Virus record (IMG/VR): IMGVR_UViG_3300016466_000859
Coordinates: 32,001-96,000 of that record
Origin: a virus
Reading direction: 5' to 3' (one strand)
Length of the DNA: 64,000 bases
Made by a program: the position numbers and the translations under genes. Below are positions 55,299-63,999 of this stretch, piece after piece (within the stretch, counting starts at the first letter, position 1; every line of letters begins with the position of its first letter). The notes below the pieces were generated by a model. The model was not told the origin of the DNA. It saw nothing but the letters and a program-made list of their open reading frames with translations, and ran no database searches.

Positions 55299-55722
55299 TG
55301 CGTATCCATTTGTTGTTGACTAGGAATCCCCATTCTCGAAGTTGTGGCCCAGGCATGAATAGTGTCCAAGCAGTTACACCGGGAACCAGTTCAATGCGAT
55401 GATAAGAACGAGATGAGCAAACACGGAAATGGCCAGGGCCGCGCCAGTGTCGAGTTTCTCCGACCTGTAGGCCTTGCGAATCGAACTCAGGAATCCATTC
55501 ATAATATCCTCCCTTGAGTATCAGAGTAGCGTAAGGCCATGGATGGTCATGCACGTCATCGGGATCTGACTTAAGAAATTTGTGAACGAATATATTAAAG
55601 GGGAACCACTTTCGGTCTCGAAGGAAAACATAATATCGCTCCAGATAAGGTTCTTGGTCAGCACGATCCATGATCACTCTATGGCGACCCAGTCGTGTCA
55701 TGATCCTTTTAAGCAACGGCAT
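55252..55722 (-). CDS. Cupin-fold protein
   Basis: HDHPW...LILKGGY.E, YHRIEL, WTLF. Confidence 0.7.
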   Translation of the reverse strand: MPLLKRIMTRLGRHRVIMDRADQEPYLERYYVFLRDRKWFPFNIFVHKFLKSDPDDVHDHPWPYATLILKGGYYEWIPEFDSQGLQVGETRHWRGPGHFRVCSSRSYHRIELVPGVTAWTLFMPGPQLREWGFLVNNKWIRNDQYLQQRAAASVDH

Positions 55723-55921
55723 TTTTGAGGTTTTCGCCAAGTGAGTGGATCTGTTCGCTGGTGAGGAAAAAATTGTAACTGCTTTCTTGCGTCTTTTCTC
55801 CGTCGTCGTTGTATTGTTCTCCGGTGAATACCAGATGCTTGAGATCCGCTGGTGCGGCACAGTCGGCAACAGTGACTCTTAATTTGAAACTTGGATGATC
55901 TTTAGCTAGGAAGGTTTTCAT
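55709..55921 (-). CDS. Hypothetical protein
   Basis: Probable ATG at 55921. Confidence 0.5.
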   Translation of the reverse strand: MKTFLAKDHPSFKLRVTVADCAAPADLKHLVFTGEQYNDDGEKTQESSYNFFLTSEQIHSLGENLKNAVA

Positions 55922-55931
55922 AATTTCTCTC

Positions 55932-56666
55932 TTATCTGGGTGCAAAGTCTTGTTGTAGTTTGATATTGTCCATGAACTCTTTTTTTACAGCAGGATCGGT
56001 TTGGAAAGCGCCATGCAACACTGTGGTCTGGGTGAGGCTGGAATGTGCCATGATGCCGCGATTTTCGCAACAGCCATGCGTGGCCTGGATGTAAACTCCC
56101 ACGTCTTTGCTATCAGTGGCCCGCATGATCTCGCGTGCGATGTCGTTGCAGAGTTCTTCTTGCAAGGTACCACGCCGGCTGCACCATTGTGCGATACGAG
56201 TGTATTTGCTCAATCCAATCAGTTTTTCTGCAGCCAGAATGCCAATATAAGCAACGCCAGAAACGGGTTGGTGATGATGACTACACATACTACGAATTTC
56301 ACTACGAACCACAAGCATGCCTGTGTAGCGGTCCTCGCTGTCATTAGGAAACGCTGTGCAATCGGGTGCTGGATCATATCTACCTTCCATGATTTCATTA
56401 TAGTACATCTTGGCCAGGCGGCGGGCGGTGCCCTTGGAATTTGGATCGGTCTCACGATCGATCAAGAGACGATCCAACACCAGCTCGAACGCTTCGGTGG
56501 CTTCATCGATCAAGACCTTCTTCATCTCGGGATACACATAGTCCGAGATGTTGTCTCCAGCCCAGAAGCGTTTTCCCTGTGATCGCATGTTGGCCCGGAT
56601 GGCGTCGCTGAGGTATGTGCCTTTGCTGTCTTTGGGCTGTGCGTATTCATTAAATTTTACTGTCAT
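55932..56666 (-). CDS. folE: GTP cyclohydrolase I
   Basis: SMCSHH, IGLSKYTR, RGTLQE.L, ATHGCCENRG. Confidence 0.95.
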   Translation of the reverse strand: MTVKFNEYAQPKDSKGTYLSDAIRANMRSQGKRFWAGDNISDYVYPEMKKVLIDEATEAFELVLDRLLIDRETDPNSKGTARRLAKMYYNEIMEGRYDPAPDCTAFPNDSEDRYTGMLVVRSEIRSMCSHHHQPVSGVAYIGILAAEKLIGLSKYTRIAQWCSRRGTLQEELCNDIAREIMRATDSKDVGVYIQATHGCCENRGIMAHSSLTQTTVLHGAFQTDPAVKKEFMDNIKLQQDFAPR

Positions 56667-56713
56667 AATTTCTCCGAGTTATAGGCGGTGGATCGCCGGG
56701 TATGATACTACTG

Positions 56714-56742
56714 ATTATAGAGTATATTTAGGTCGCTGTCAA
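56714..56742 (-). promoter_or_regulatory. Perfect sigma70 promoter TTGACA-N17-TATAAT with TAAATA nested in the spacer
   Basis: Plus-strand attata at 56714-56719, tgtcaa at 56737-56742, tattta at 56725-56730. Confidence 0.85.
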
Positions 56743-57317
56743 ATTATACGAATTTTTCTAAGGTCCGGATATGTTTTAGGTTGTGGTTGGTTGTTGTGAG
56801 TTCCTAATATCGTTAAACCGATCTCTGCTTCTTCGGGTGTAGGACGATAATGATATCCGATTTCGAACACCTGTTGATCTTGCCATGGTGATATGTCTAG
56901 ATCTCTGCCATCGTATCTTTGTCGTATGACCTTTTGGTAGAATCGTTCATCGTCAGTGAGTATGGCTCCGCCACGACCTATCTCCAAAGGCTTGTCGAAT
57001 CCAAAACTCAAACATTGTAGCATGCCGGGACGATACATGTTTTCCCGTAACAATCTCGCCGAATCCCATATCCTTGACCCGTGAAATTGGTATTCACCGA
57101 TCCATTCTTCGTCGAGGTGTTCATATCCGATGTCAAGACGTCGTAGAATCATAGGTACACTGAGATAAGTGTAGGCCGTGAATCTCACAAATTTAGGTCG
57201 ATCATAGCGGAAACACAATTCAAGTGCGTGCGTACAACAATCTGTCATGATCACATAAGGTGCACCGGTATAGTTGGCCAATGCTTGTTCGAAGTCTGCA
57301 ATGCTGTTAAATGACAT
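56739..57317 (-). CDS. Short DegT-like PLP-dependent protein
   Basis: FEQALA.Y.G....TDCCTHALEL, DSA, LSFGFDKPLEIGRGGAILTDD; only 192 aa. Confidence 0.7.
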   Translation of the reverse strand: MSFNSIADFEQALANYTGAPYVIMTDCCTHALELCFRYDRPKFVRFTAYTYLSVPMILRRLDIGYEHLDEEWIGEYQFHGSRIWDSARLLRENMYRPGMLQCLSFGFDKPLEIGRGGAILTDDERFYQKVIRQRYDGRDLDISPWQDQQVFEIGYHYRPTPEEAEIGLTILGTHNNQPQPKTYPDLRKIRII

Positions 57318-58305
57318 CTCGTTGATACCATTCCCATGCGTGTTCGATCATTTCATATAAATCGTATCGGGGCCGCCACGAAGAATCGCGCATGAGTTTG
57401 TTAGCCGAAGCAGTCAATAACGCAGGATCGCCTTCGCGCCGCGGTCCGAATTTTGGTGGCCAATGTGTGCCAGTCACTTGTTCGGCGATCTTGACTACAT
57501 CGAGATTGCTGGCGCCTTGGTTGGTGCCGATATTATAGACGCCGCACAGTCCTTCCTCGATGGCCACGCGGATTGCAGAAGCGATGTCAGCGACATGTAT
57601 GTAATCTCGCACACAAGTACCGTCGGGTGTAGCAAAATCGTCGCCGTTGACAACGAATTCTTTTTGATTGATCACTGACTCAAGATAACGAGCAATGATA
57701 TGCGTGGCGGCTTTTTCCTGTCCGTGCCGGCCCTGGGGATCGGCGCCACACACATTGAAGAAACGGAAAGCGGTATACTTGATGCCATACGCTCTCGCAT
57801 AATCAGCAAGGATCTGTTCAAACATAAGTTTGCTGTGTCCATACGGCGAGATGGGTACCGTAGGACCATCTTCATTGAGTGGAACAACACTGGGATCGGG
57901 ATTGCCGTAAGTGGCTGCTGAACTGGCAAAAATGAAATGTGCATCGGGTTGATACTTGCGCACGACGTCTAACAAACGTATAGATCGAGCAACATTGTTT
58001 TCGTAATACTCGCTGGGATCGGTCATTGATGGCCCCACGAGACTGGTGCCAGCACAATGAACTATGATATCGGGTCGACATTCGACCACGAAATCCAAAG
58101 TTTGATCGCTGTCGAAACTAGATTCAATGGTCGAGGACCAGGCTTGGCTGATTGGCCTACGTCGGCGATCTACTCCTATGACGGTATAGCCATGGTCGAT
58201 GAGTTCTAAACCAACTTGACCCCCAATATACCCTCCAGCACCAGTGACCAATGCGGTCTTATCAATACTTCGTTTCACTGGTATGCTTTCGATAATCTCT
58301 TCCAT
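57307..58305 (-). CDS. galE: UDP-glucose 4-epimerase-like (GalE)
   Basis: VTGAGGYIG, SSAATYG, PYGHSK, FRFFNVCGA, DGTCVRDYIHV.DIA, RREGDP. Start uncertain. Confidence 0.85.
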   Translation of the reverse strand: MEEIIESIPVKRSIDKTALVTGAGGYIGGQVGLELIDHGYTVIGVDRRRRPISQAWSSTIESSFDSDQTLDFVVECRPDIIVHCAGTSLVGPSMTDPSEYYENNVARSIRLLDVVRKYQPDAHFIFASSAATYGNPDPSVVPLNEDGPTVPISPYGHSKLMFEQILADYARAYGIKYTAFRFFNVCGADPQGRHGQEKAATHIIARYLESVINQKEFVVNGDDFATPDGTCVRDYIHVADIASAIRVAIEEGLCGVYNIGTNQGASNLDVVKIAEQVTGTHWPPKFGPRREGDPALLTASANKLMRDSSWRPRYDLYEMIEHAWEWYQRDVI

Positions 58306-59440
58306 CACGCAGGAATCGTTGGCCACTGCCTTCCAAGATGTCGCAGATACGATCGATGGTTCCATCGTTGTAATCGGAGATGGCACCCATCCTTGGATGC
58401 GGTGCTTCCAGCAAGGGTTTGAGTTTGTCAATGGCATCATCTAAACTCCAAGGGACATAGAGACGGGTATGATCATTAGCAAAAGTCTCAGGAAAACTAC
58501 GGTACGCAGGGTATAGAACATTGCAACCAAGAGTGTCTGCTTCCGAGACTGTGTTGGAAACCCAGTCTTGGAGGGCGCAATTAAACAGCACACGACTATC
58601 ATTGAGTAGAGCGTAGTAATCATTTTTCTCTAGATCCTCGTGCAAGGTCAGCATGCCATGGGCCTGTAGATCTCGTGTGCGTTGCATATAGCTGTCGTTG
58701 TTGCTACGGAGCTTGGCGCCTGAGAAGATGGCGAACTCCACGCCTGAATCAGGATAACGACGATGCCACTCTTCGATGATGTCCATGTAAAAGTCAGGTT
58801 GCTTTTCTTGATCCCAGCGAGCGGCAAAACCCACTCGTCGAGCACGGTCCTGGAAAGGCTTTAGTTCGCCTGGCACACGGCCACGCACTTCGTCTTTGCC
58901 AAAGGCAAGTCCGGAGATATTGTAGATTGGGGCTTCCCAGCCAGCGATTTTCATGTGTGCCACCATCTCTTCGTTGGTAGCCAGGACCATGTCTACGAAT
59001 GAGTCCACCATCTTTTCATACGTTGACATCCATTTGCCCATGCCCCAGACATGAACGAAGTCGTCGGGATCGATAGTTTGTGCAAGACAACGAACGGCAA
59101 TACGAGGGCGGAGGGCAGGATCGATTTGATCCATAATGTAAGGCAAGCTCTCGATACCGGGCTGGAACATATCTTCAAAATAGATGACATCTTCTCCTGT
59201 GACTTCTCCGGCCTTCATTTTCTTGACGAGATTCATGAGCTGGCTCATACCAAAATAGGTACGCCCGTGTGCATCCAAGACCTGTCCTGTGACGATGGCT
59301 TTGTCGTTGCTGAGCGTCTCACCGGGCACGATCTCATAATCAATACCTCGACGCTCGAACACCGCCCGATTCCACTCTTGTAGTTGAAGAGTGTACCGAG
59401 CTTTGTAGGGCTCTAAGCCCATGTACCAAAGTTTTCTCAT
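58262..59440 (-). CDS. GT-B fold glycosyltransferase (GT4-like)
   Basis: FAARWDQEKQP, YYALL..SRVLFNCALQDWVSNTVSEA (D-x7-E), GC..LYP. Confidence 0.8.
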   Translation of the reverse strand: MRKLWYMGLEPYKARYTLQLQEWNRAVFERRGIDYEIVPGETLSNDKAIVTGQVLDAHGRTYFGMSQLMNLVKKMKAGEVTGEDVIYFEDMFQPGIESLPYIMDQIDPALRPRIAVRCLAQTIDPDDFVHVWGMGKWMSTYEKMVDSFVDMVLATNEEMVAHMKIAGWEAPIYNISGLAFGKDEVRGRVPGELKPFQDRARRVGFAARWDQEKQPDFYMDIIEEWHRRYPDSGVEFAIFSGAKLRSNNDSYMQRTRDLQAHGMLTLHEDLEKNDYYALLNDSRVLFNCALQDWVSNTVSEADTLGCNVLYPAYRSFPETFANDHTRLYVPWSLDDAIDKLKPLLEAPHPRMGAISDYNDGTIDRICDILEGSGQRFLRDGRDYRKHTSETKY

Positions 59441-59715
59441 CGATGATTGTTCCTGTTATTCCACCCACCTTCGCGTTTTTCAAAACGTGGTTTGTTGGGA
59501 TCACGCGGTTTCCAATACCACATGTCGCGGGCCCAACCTTTGGTGGCTTTGCGTTGCAGTTCTCCCCAGGGACCGTACTCTTTGTAGAGTTTGGCTTCAT
59601 CAAAGGGGTGACCATGCTCCACACAAAATGCACGATATTGGTCGAGGTCGTCGAAGATCTGGTCAACCTCGGGCTTCATTTTAAGATATTTTTCCAACCA
59701 CTTGGGATTAGACAT
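59437..59715 (-). CDS. Hypothetical protein
   Basis: 92 aa; AAAGGA RBS. Confidence 0.6.
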   Translation of the reverse strand: MSNPKWLEKYLKMKPEVDQIFDDLDQYRAFCVEHGHPFDEAKLYKEYGPWGELQRKATKGWARDMWYWKPRDPNKPRFEKREGGWNNRNNHR

Positions 59716-59735
59716 TGCTACTTTCCTTTTTAGTA

Positions 59736-60230
59736 TTAAACAGAAAGGGTTTGAGGACGGTGAGTTTCGTATTTGATGAGGCAGCCGTTCTCACCATCTT
59801 CGGCAACCTCAATCCAGACGCTACGGCCAGGATACTTTTGCGCGATCTGTAAATACAGATCGTCGGCGATCATTTCGCAACTTTTGTAGTTGAGTTCTAG
59901 TACTGAATTTTGATTATGGGAAACGGCCCGATCACGCAAGACATCGGATCCTGCGGAGTTGGTGTACAACGACAAGAGCCAACGCTTGAACTGGATGAAC
60001 TCGATGTCCCGGTCGTTGTGGAACACAGAGATCCACACCCGGAAATGGAAAATATGGCGATGAGGACTAGCAAGGAACGAAACATCATATTCATCTCCTG
60101 TGGCCAACCGGGGATCGGTAGCGGCTGCAGGGTATTTATGAATACCTTCTCGTTGAAAAGTGACCCAGATCTTTCGATCTGCAACATCTACGATTCGATC
60201 TATTGTTTCTCTTTGTTGTTGTGTGATCAT
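59736..60230 (-). CDS. QueD-like T-fold protein (DpdL-like, candidate CDG decarboxylase)
   Basis: GIH...LASPHRHIFH...DIEFIQ...SCEMIA...EDGENG; lacks the QueD CxxxHGY motif. Confidence 0.6.
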   Translation of the reverse strand: MITQQQRETIDRIVDVADRKIWVTFQREGIHKYPAAATDPRLATGDEYDVSFLASPHRHIFHFRVWISVFHNDRDIEFIQFKRWLLSLYTNSAGSDVLRDRAVSHNQNSVLELNYKSCEMIADDLYLQIAQKYPGRSVWIEVAEDGENGCLIKYETHRPQTLSV

Positions 60231-60277
60231 GATTAAATTTTATGTGATTTTCTATTAGATGTCAAACTTCTTGGACG

Positions 60278-60610
60278 CTATAGATGTTCTTTTTTCGCTA
60301 GGGTTTTTAGGATTTGGAGGCGTTCATGAGCTTCTTGTAATCCAGGATGTTGGCGACACAATTCTTCAAATTCCCGATCTTCTCGCATTTTCTCTCGCGC
60401 CCACTGCATGATCTCTTCGGCTTCTCTGTCTAGACCTATTTCAGCATGTCCACCGAAGTCCATCCAGTTGGAACCGTCATACACTTCCGTGCGATTGTTC
60501 TGTGTGTTATACCTCAGCATACCTGCGCTTTGCTGGTTCCCTACATAAGGACTAGCAGGACTGGCATTCACACGTATCCAACGGCTGTCTGAAGACATGG
60601 TGCGGATCAT
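60278..60610 (-). CDS. Hypothetical protein
   Basis: 110 aa; ATGA overlap with the upstream gene. Confidence 0.6.
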   Translation of the reverse strand: MIRTMSSDSRWIRVNASPASPYVGNQQSAGMLRYNTQNNRTEVYDGSNWMDFGGHAEIGLDREAEEIMQWAREKMREDREFEELCRQHPGLQEAHERLQILKTLAKKEHL

Positions 60611-60945
60611 GATTGCCTCATGGATTCCATGGTTATGATCTTGCCCAATTCTAAGTTGAAATCCTGCTCGTCGGTGATGATGTAACTGCGATCTTCTGAA
60701 CGATCTGTTTTACGATCGTAGATCCGGAAGCTGACCACAAAGCCGCCGATCATTTTCTTGATACCAATGCGTAGACCGTCGTTCCAGGGAGTGACGTCTT
60801 CTTCTATGATGCCTCGCCCTGCCAGTTTGTTTATAGCAGTTGATGACTGAAGAGCAGGTTCCGCACTGTCACGATTTTCCCAGGCCCACTGCCACTTGCG
60901 GAAGAACCATCTATCAATCCATTTCATTATCATTATTCTCTCCAA
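60607..60945 (-). CDS. Hypothetical protein
   Basis: 112-aa ORF in a contiguous run. Confidence 0.55.
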   Translation of the reverse strand: MERIMIMKWIDRWFFRKWQWAWENRDSAEPALQSSTAINKLAGRGIIEEDVTPWNDGLRIGIKKMIGGFVVSFRIYDRKTDRSEDRSYIITDEQDFNLELGKIITMESMRQS

Positions 60946-61502
60946 TAGTTATCGCCATCGGGATATTGGCTGTCCAACACCTGAACTTCTTTGTCACGAA
61001 CCACCTCGTCTTTTTCGTACTGGCTCCAATCTGTAAATCTATCTCGCGGCATCAGGTCTCTGAGTTCATGCACCCATACACCAGGATTGGTGGCAGCGAA
61101 GTCTCGATCATCGATCTTTACACAGGTATTGTAGTTCCAAAGTTTTGTATAAGGGATGGGCACCTTGATGATGGGAATGAATCGATCACGTTCACACAGA
61201 CCACCTTCATGAAATTCTTCTACATACTGGAAAGGAATGTCTAGGCTACACCAGTATCCGCGATCCAAGAATGTCATAATAACATTTTCCCAACCGGTAT
61301 GGTCGGCGTCGGTCTTGGGTTGATAGCTGTCGTTGGCACCAAAGAAGATGTGCTTTATACTTCGATCGTGGGTGAGATATTGCTCGATTTTTTCCTGTGT
61401 ATGATAGCCCACTACAAACAAGGTATCCATTCCAAAAGCAGGAGTGTGTTCCACTTCCTGTCCATAGAAAAAATCAATGTCGTTGTGTCCTTGCCTATCC
61501 AT
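60933..61502 (-). CDS. Hypothetical protein within the deazaguanine cluster
   Basis: EVEHTPAFGMDTLFVVG, HIFFGANDSY, KIDD.DF.ATNPGVW; probable ATG at 61502. Confidence 0.65.
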   Translation of the reverse strand: MDRQGHNDIDFFYGQEVEHTPAFGMDTLFVVGYHTQEKIEQYLTHDRSIKHIFFGANDSYQPKTDADHTGWENVIMTFLDRGYWCSLDIPFQYVEEFHEGGLCERDRFIPIIKVPIPYTKLWNYNTCVKIDDRDFAATNPGVWVHELRDLMPRDRFTDWSQYEKDEVVRDKEVQVLDSQYPDGDNYWRE

Positions 61503-61701
61503 GTCGTCCCCAATTGATCCTGTTCCAAATTCGTTCATAAAGATAATAACTAGACATCCAAATCATGTTCATTATCACAGTAGGCAAGATAGCCTGGCTC
61601 CAGCTTTGGCCAGTTATCAGCAACATGGTATAAGTGCTGACTATGACCCAACATCTATAGATCACTGTCTTGACTAGAGTTCGTTTGTGACTATCGGTCA
61701 T
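61495..61701 (-). CDS. DUF2061-like small membrane protein
   Basis: HKRTLVKTVIYR...YYLYERIWNRINWGR; paralogous to 30094. Confidence 0.72.
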   Translation of the reverse strand: MTDSHKRTLVKTVIYRCWVIVSTYTMLLITGQSWSQAILPTVIMNMIWMSSYYLYERIWNRINWGRHG

Positions 61702-61900
61702 CGTCAAAATCTAGAGTCTCTTGATCATGTTCCCACTGCTGACGCTTTAGTTTAGCGATTTCATCTTTTAAATGCAACTTCTTTTTCTTCAAAGTCTGTA
61801 TATGTTCATCCGAATACTTGCCGGACTTTTCCAATTTAGCGATCTGATCGTCCAAGATCTTATGAGACTCTTCCAGGTGTTGTATGCGTCTTTCAAACAT
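61691..61900 (-). CDS. DUF465/YdcH-like coiled-coil protein
   Basis: LEESHKILDDQI...LKKKKLHLKDEI; GAGGAG RBS. Confidence 0.75.
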   Translation of the reverse strand: MFERRIQHLEESHKILDDQIAKLEKSGKYSDEHIQTLKKKKLHLKDEIAKLKRQQWEHDQETLDFDDDR

Positions 61901-63530
61901 CAGTGTTCTCCTCGAGTTGGTGTAATTTGGATTCATCGAGCCCGGGCTCTTCTTCGTTTTCTTCTACAGCATCAAATAACTCATTGAACTTGGTGTTGGC
62001 ATTTTTGGTTTTCTTTCCTTTAAAACCACGTGTGCCCACGATCTCCATCCAGTACGTGTCATAGCGTTCAATGATGCCCTCGGCTGTAGCCCGGTCCGGT
62101 GAAGAGAATATCGCTTCCACGATGTCCTCGAAGTAAGCGTAATCTCCTCCGCTACGACGCATCATGGCCGGATGTTCTCCGGCATCAAAACGCCTGTTGG
62201 CTTCTTGTACTGCTGTGAGATGCATCCAAACATTGTGAGCCATCAGCAAGCAATAGCTGAAGCTATCCCAGCTGGTCTTGCCCCATTTACCATTTTTATT
62301 TGTGTCGGGTAAAACATCATACATGTCGGGATCTTGAAAGTTCTTCTCATCAATGACAACTCCGGGTTTGGGCACTCCGGGCCGGTAGATGCAGACATCC
62401 TTCATGCGTAACAAGTCGCTGACAGGACTGTCTTCCCATCGGGGGTAGATACCATCAGCCACAACTCCAGCACTCCACGGGCGTGTGTCTGTGGCGTATC
62501 GTTTATCGTCAGCTGACGGAGCCATACGATAGCTCCATTTGGCATCATTTTCAAAGACATTTTCAAAGTAGACCTGCCCATTGGCAGTGGCTAAAAATGG
62601 ACTAGCGCAGTCAAAAGAGATAGTAAATCTTGGATTCACATACTTGCGGATGGCTCTTTGTATTACTGTGAGCAATACTGCCCATTCTAGTTTACTTGTG
62701 CCCAGGAAGTGCATCCAATCGTGTCGTCCTTCCTGTAGGAGATTGTCATAACGCAGGGCCACCAAGCGTCTCAGTACCAGATGTACGTCGCACATGTTTT
62801 GACCTCCCATGGCCCAACCGTCGAAATGTGTGTCAGGATATTGAATGGGGTCGCAATAGTGTTTCATGATTTCATACCACTCATCTGCTGACTTGTGATT
62901 GTCGCCTTGCAAGACATTAAGAAATCGAGCGCCACCATTCTTGACACCCTTGCGATTGGCCATAAAGTATTCGTTGTTGAACTTGGTAGCGGCCACTGCT
63001 TCTGGAAGTGTTTTGATACCACAAGCCTGTGATGCTTTTTTATCATGGATGACCCAGGTAGGAATATCAAGAATCATACCGTAGTCGGCGATACCATCCA
63101 GCCATTTTAACACGGCGTCACGTTTCTTCTGTGCCCGTGGACAACCTGATCCCGCCTTCCAGTCACCTTCCCATAGGCCTTTGGCGATCTGGAACCCGCC
63201 CGAGTCACCAAGGATCAGGGTGTTGGGGTCACGATTGCGAACCATGTCCTCGCTCCAGTCCTGCTTGGTGAGATCAAGGTTGGCATGTCCGCCCGAGTAT
63301 AGGCTCCAACGATACGGAAAAAAACTTTTTTGTGCGTTAAGCCAGTTCAGTTCTTCCATGTCCTTCATGCCTGGAGGAAACCTTGCAGGATCCACATAAG
63401 GACCATTCACAGGGTCGCGTTGCTTGCCTATGAACGTGGCATAGAACCCTGAAATCGCCGGCAAGAATACTGCGTAGTCGTTTTGTTTAGCTGTGAGATT
63501 ATCTTGCGACACTGGATATATTTCTTTCAA
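61893..63530 (-). CDS. TGT-fold guanine transglycosylase (DpdA-like or tRNA-guanine transglycosylase)
   Basis: GDSGGFQ, MILDIP, NVLQG, GWAMGG, HFLG, SFDCASP; flanked by deazaguanine genes. Confidence 0.8.
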   Translation of the reverse strand: MKEIYPVSQDNLTAKQNDYAVFLPAISGFYATFIGKQRDPVNGPYVDPARFPPGMKDMEELNWLNAQKSFFPYRWSLYSGGHANLDLTKQDWSEDMVRNRDPNTLILGDSGGFQIAKGLWEGDWKAGSGCPRAQKKRDAVLKWLDGIADYGMILDIPTWVIHDKKASQACGIKTLPEAVAATKFNNEYFMANRKGVKNGGARFLNVLQGDNHKSADEWYEIMKHYCDPIQYPDTHFDGWAMGGQNMCDVHLVLRRLVALRYDNLLQEGRHDWMHFLGTSKLEWAVLLTVIQRAIRKYVNPRFTISFDCASPFLATANGQVYFENVFENDAKWSYRMAPSADDKRYATDTRPWSAGVVADGIYPRWEDSPVSDLLRMKDVCIYRPGVPKPGVVIDEKNFQDPDMYDVLPDTNKNGKWGKTSWDSFSYCLLMAHNVWMHLTAVQEANRRFDAGEHPAMMRRSGGDYAYFEDIVEAIFSSPDRATAEGIIERYDTYWMEIVGTRGFKGKKTKNANTKFNELFDAVEENEEEPGLDESKLHQLEENTDV

Positions 63531-63999
63531 TTAATTCGTAATCGGGCCAAAACCATTTCTCTAAATTGTATCTATAAAATTGATTGTGGTCAATCATGTA
63601 TTTCAATAGATCTTGCAATTTTTGTTTTTTATGGGATTCGTACGAATCTTGGCTTGAGCTGTTTTCGTTGTAAATCACAGCATTATGATATCCAAGGCTG
63701 TGCAGGAAATCAACAAATCGTTGATTAAAATGCTGATCAATCAGAAACCACCGGGAATCAGCGAGGTCAATGCCGTGTAAAAAAATCGCCTGACGGTCTG
63801 TGTGATCGTCAAAACTCATACGATCAAATAGCAATGCCAGACCGAGCTTCTCTCCCAAAATCGGTAAGCAATCATATTCCATCGGAGAAACGATATCGTC
63901 AATGGTGTCTTGGTGATACATCATTAGATATTCGCTCATTCCGCTGACCCAACGAGAAACTGGATCACGCATAATGACTATCTTCTTAGAGCGAGGAAA
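63499..63999 (-). CDS. Sulfotransferase-like protein, 5'-truncated by the window edge
   Basis: Frame open to the window end (FPRSKKIVIMRDPVSRWVSG = 3'-PB RDPxxRxxS-like motif); later FDDHT..Q. Confidence 0.55.
   Translation of the reverse strand, partial: FPRSKKIVIMRDPVSRWVSGMSEYLMMYHQDTIDDIVSPMEYDCLPILGEKLGLALLFDRMSFDDHTDRQAIFLHGIDLADSRWFLIDQHFNQRFVDFLHSLGYHNAVIYNENSSSQDSYESHKKQKLQDLLKYMIDHNQFYRYNLEKWFWPDYELIERNISSVAR

Noticed and set aside
56667-56712. THF-II (folE motif) riboswitch
   Set aside because: The leader is too short and lacks the long interrupted hairpin; only a 4-bp stem is seen.
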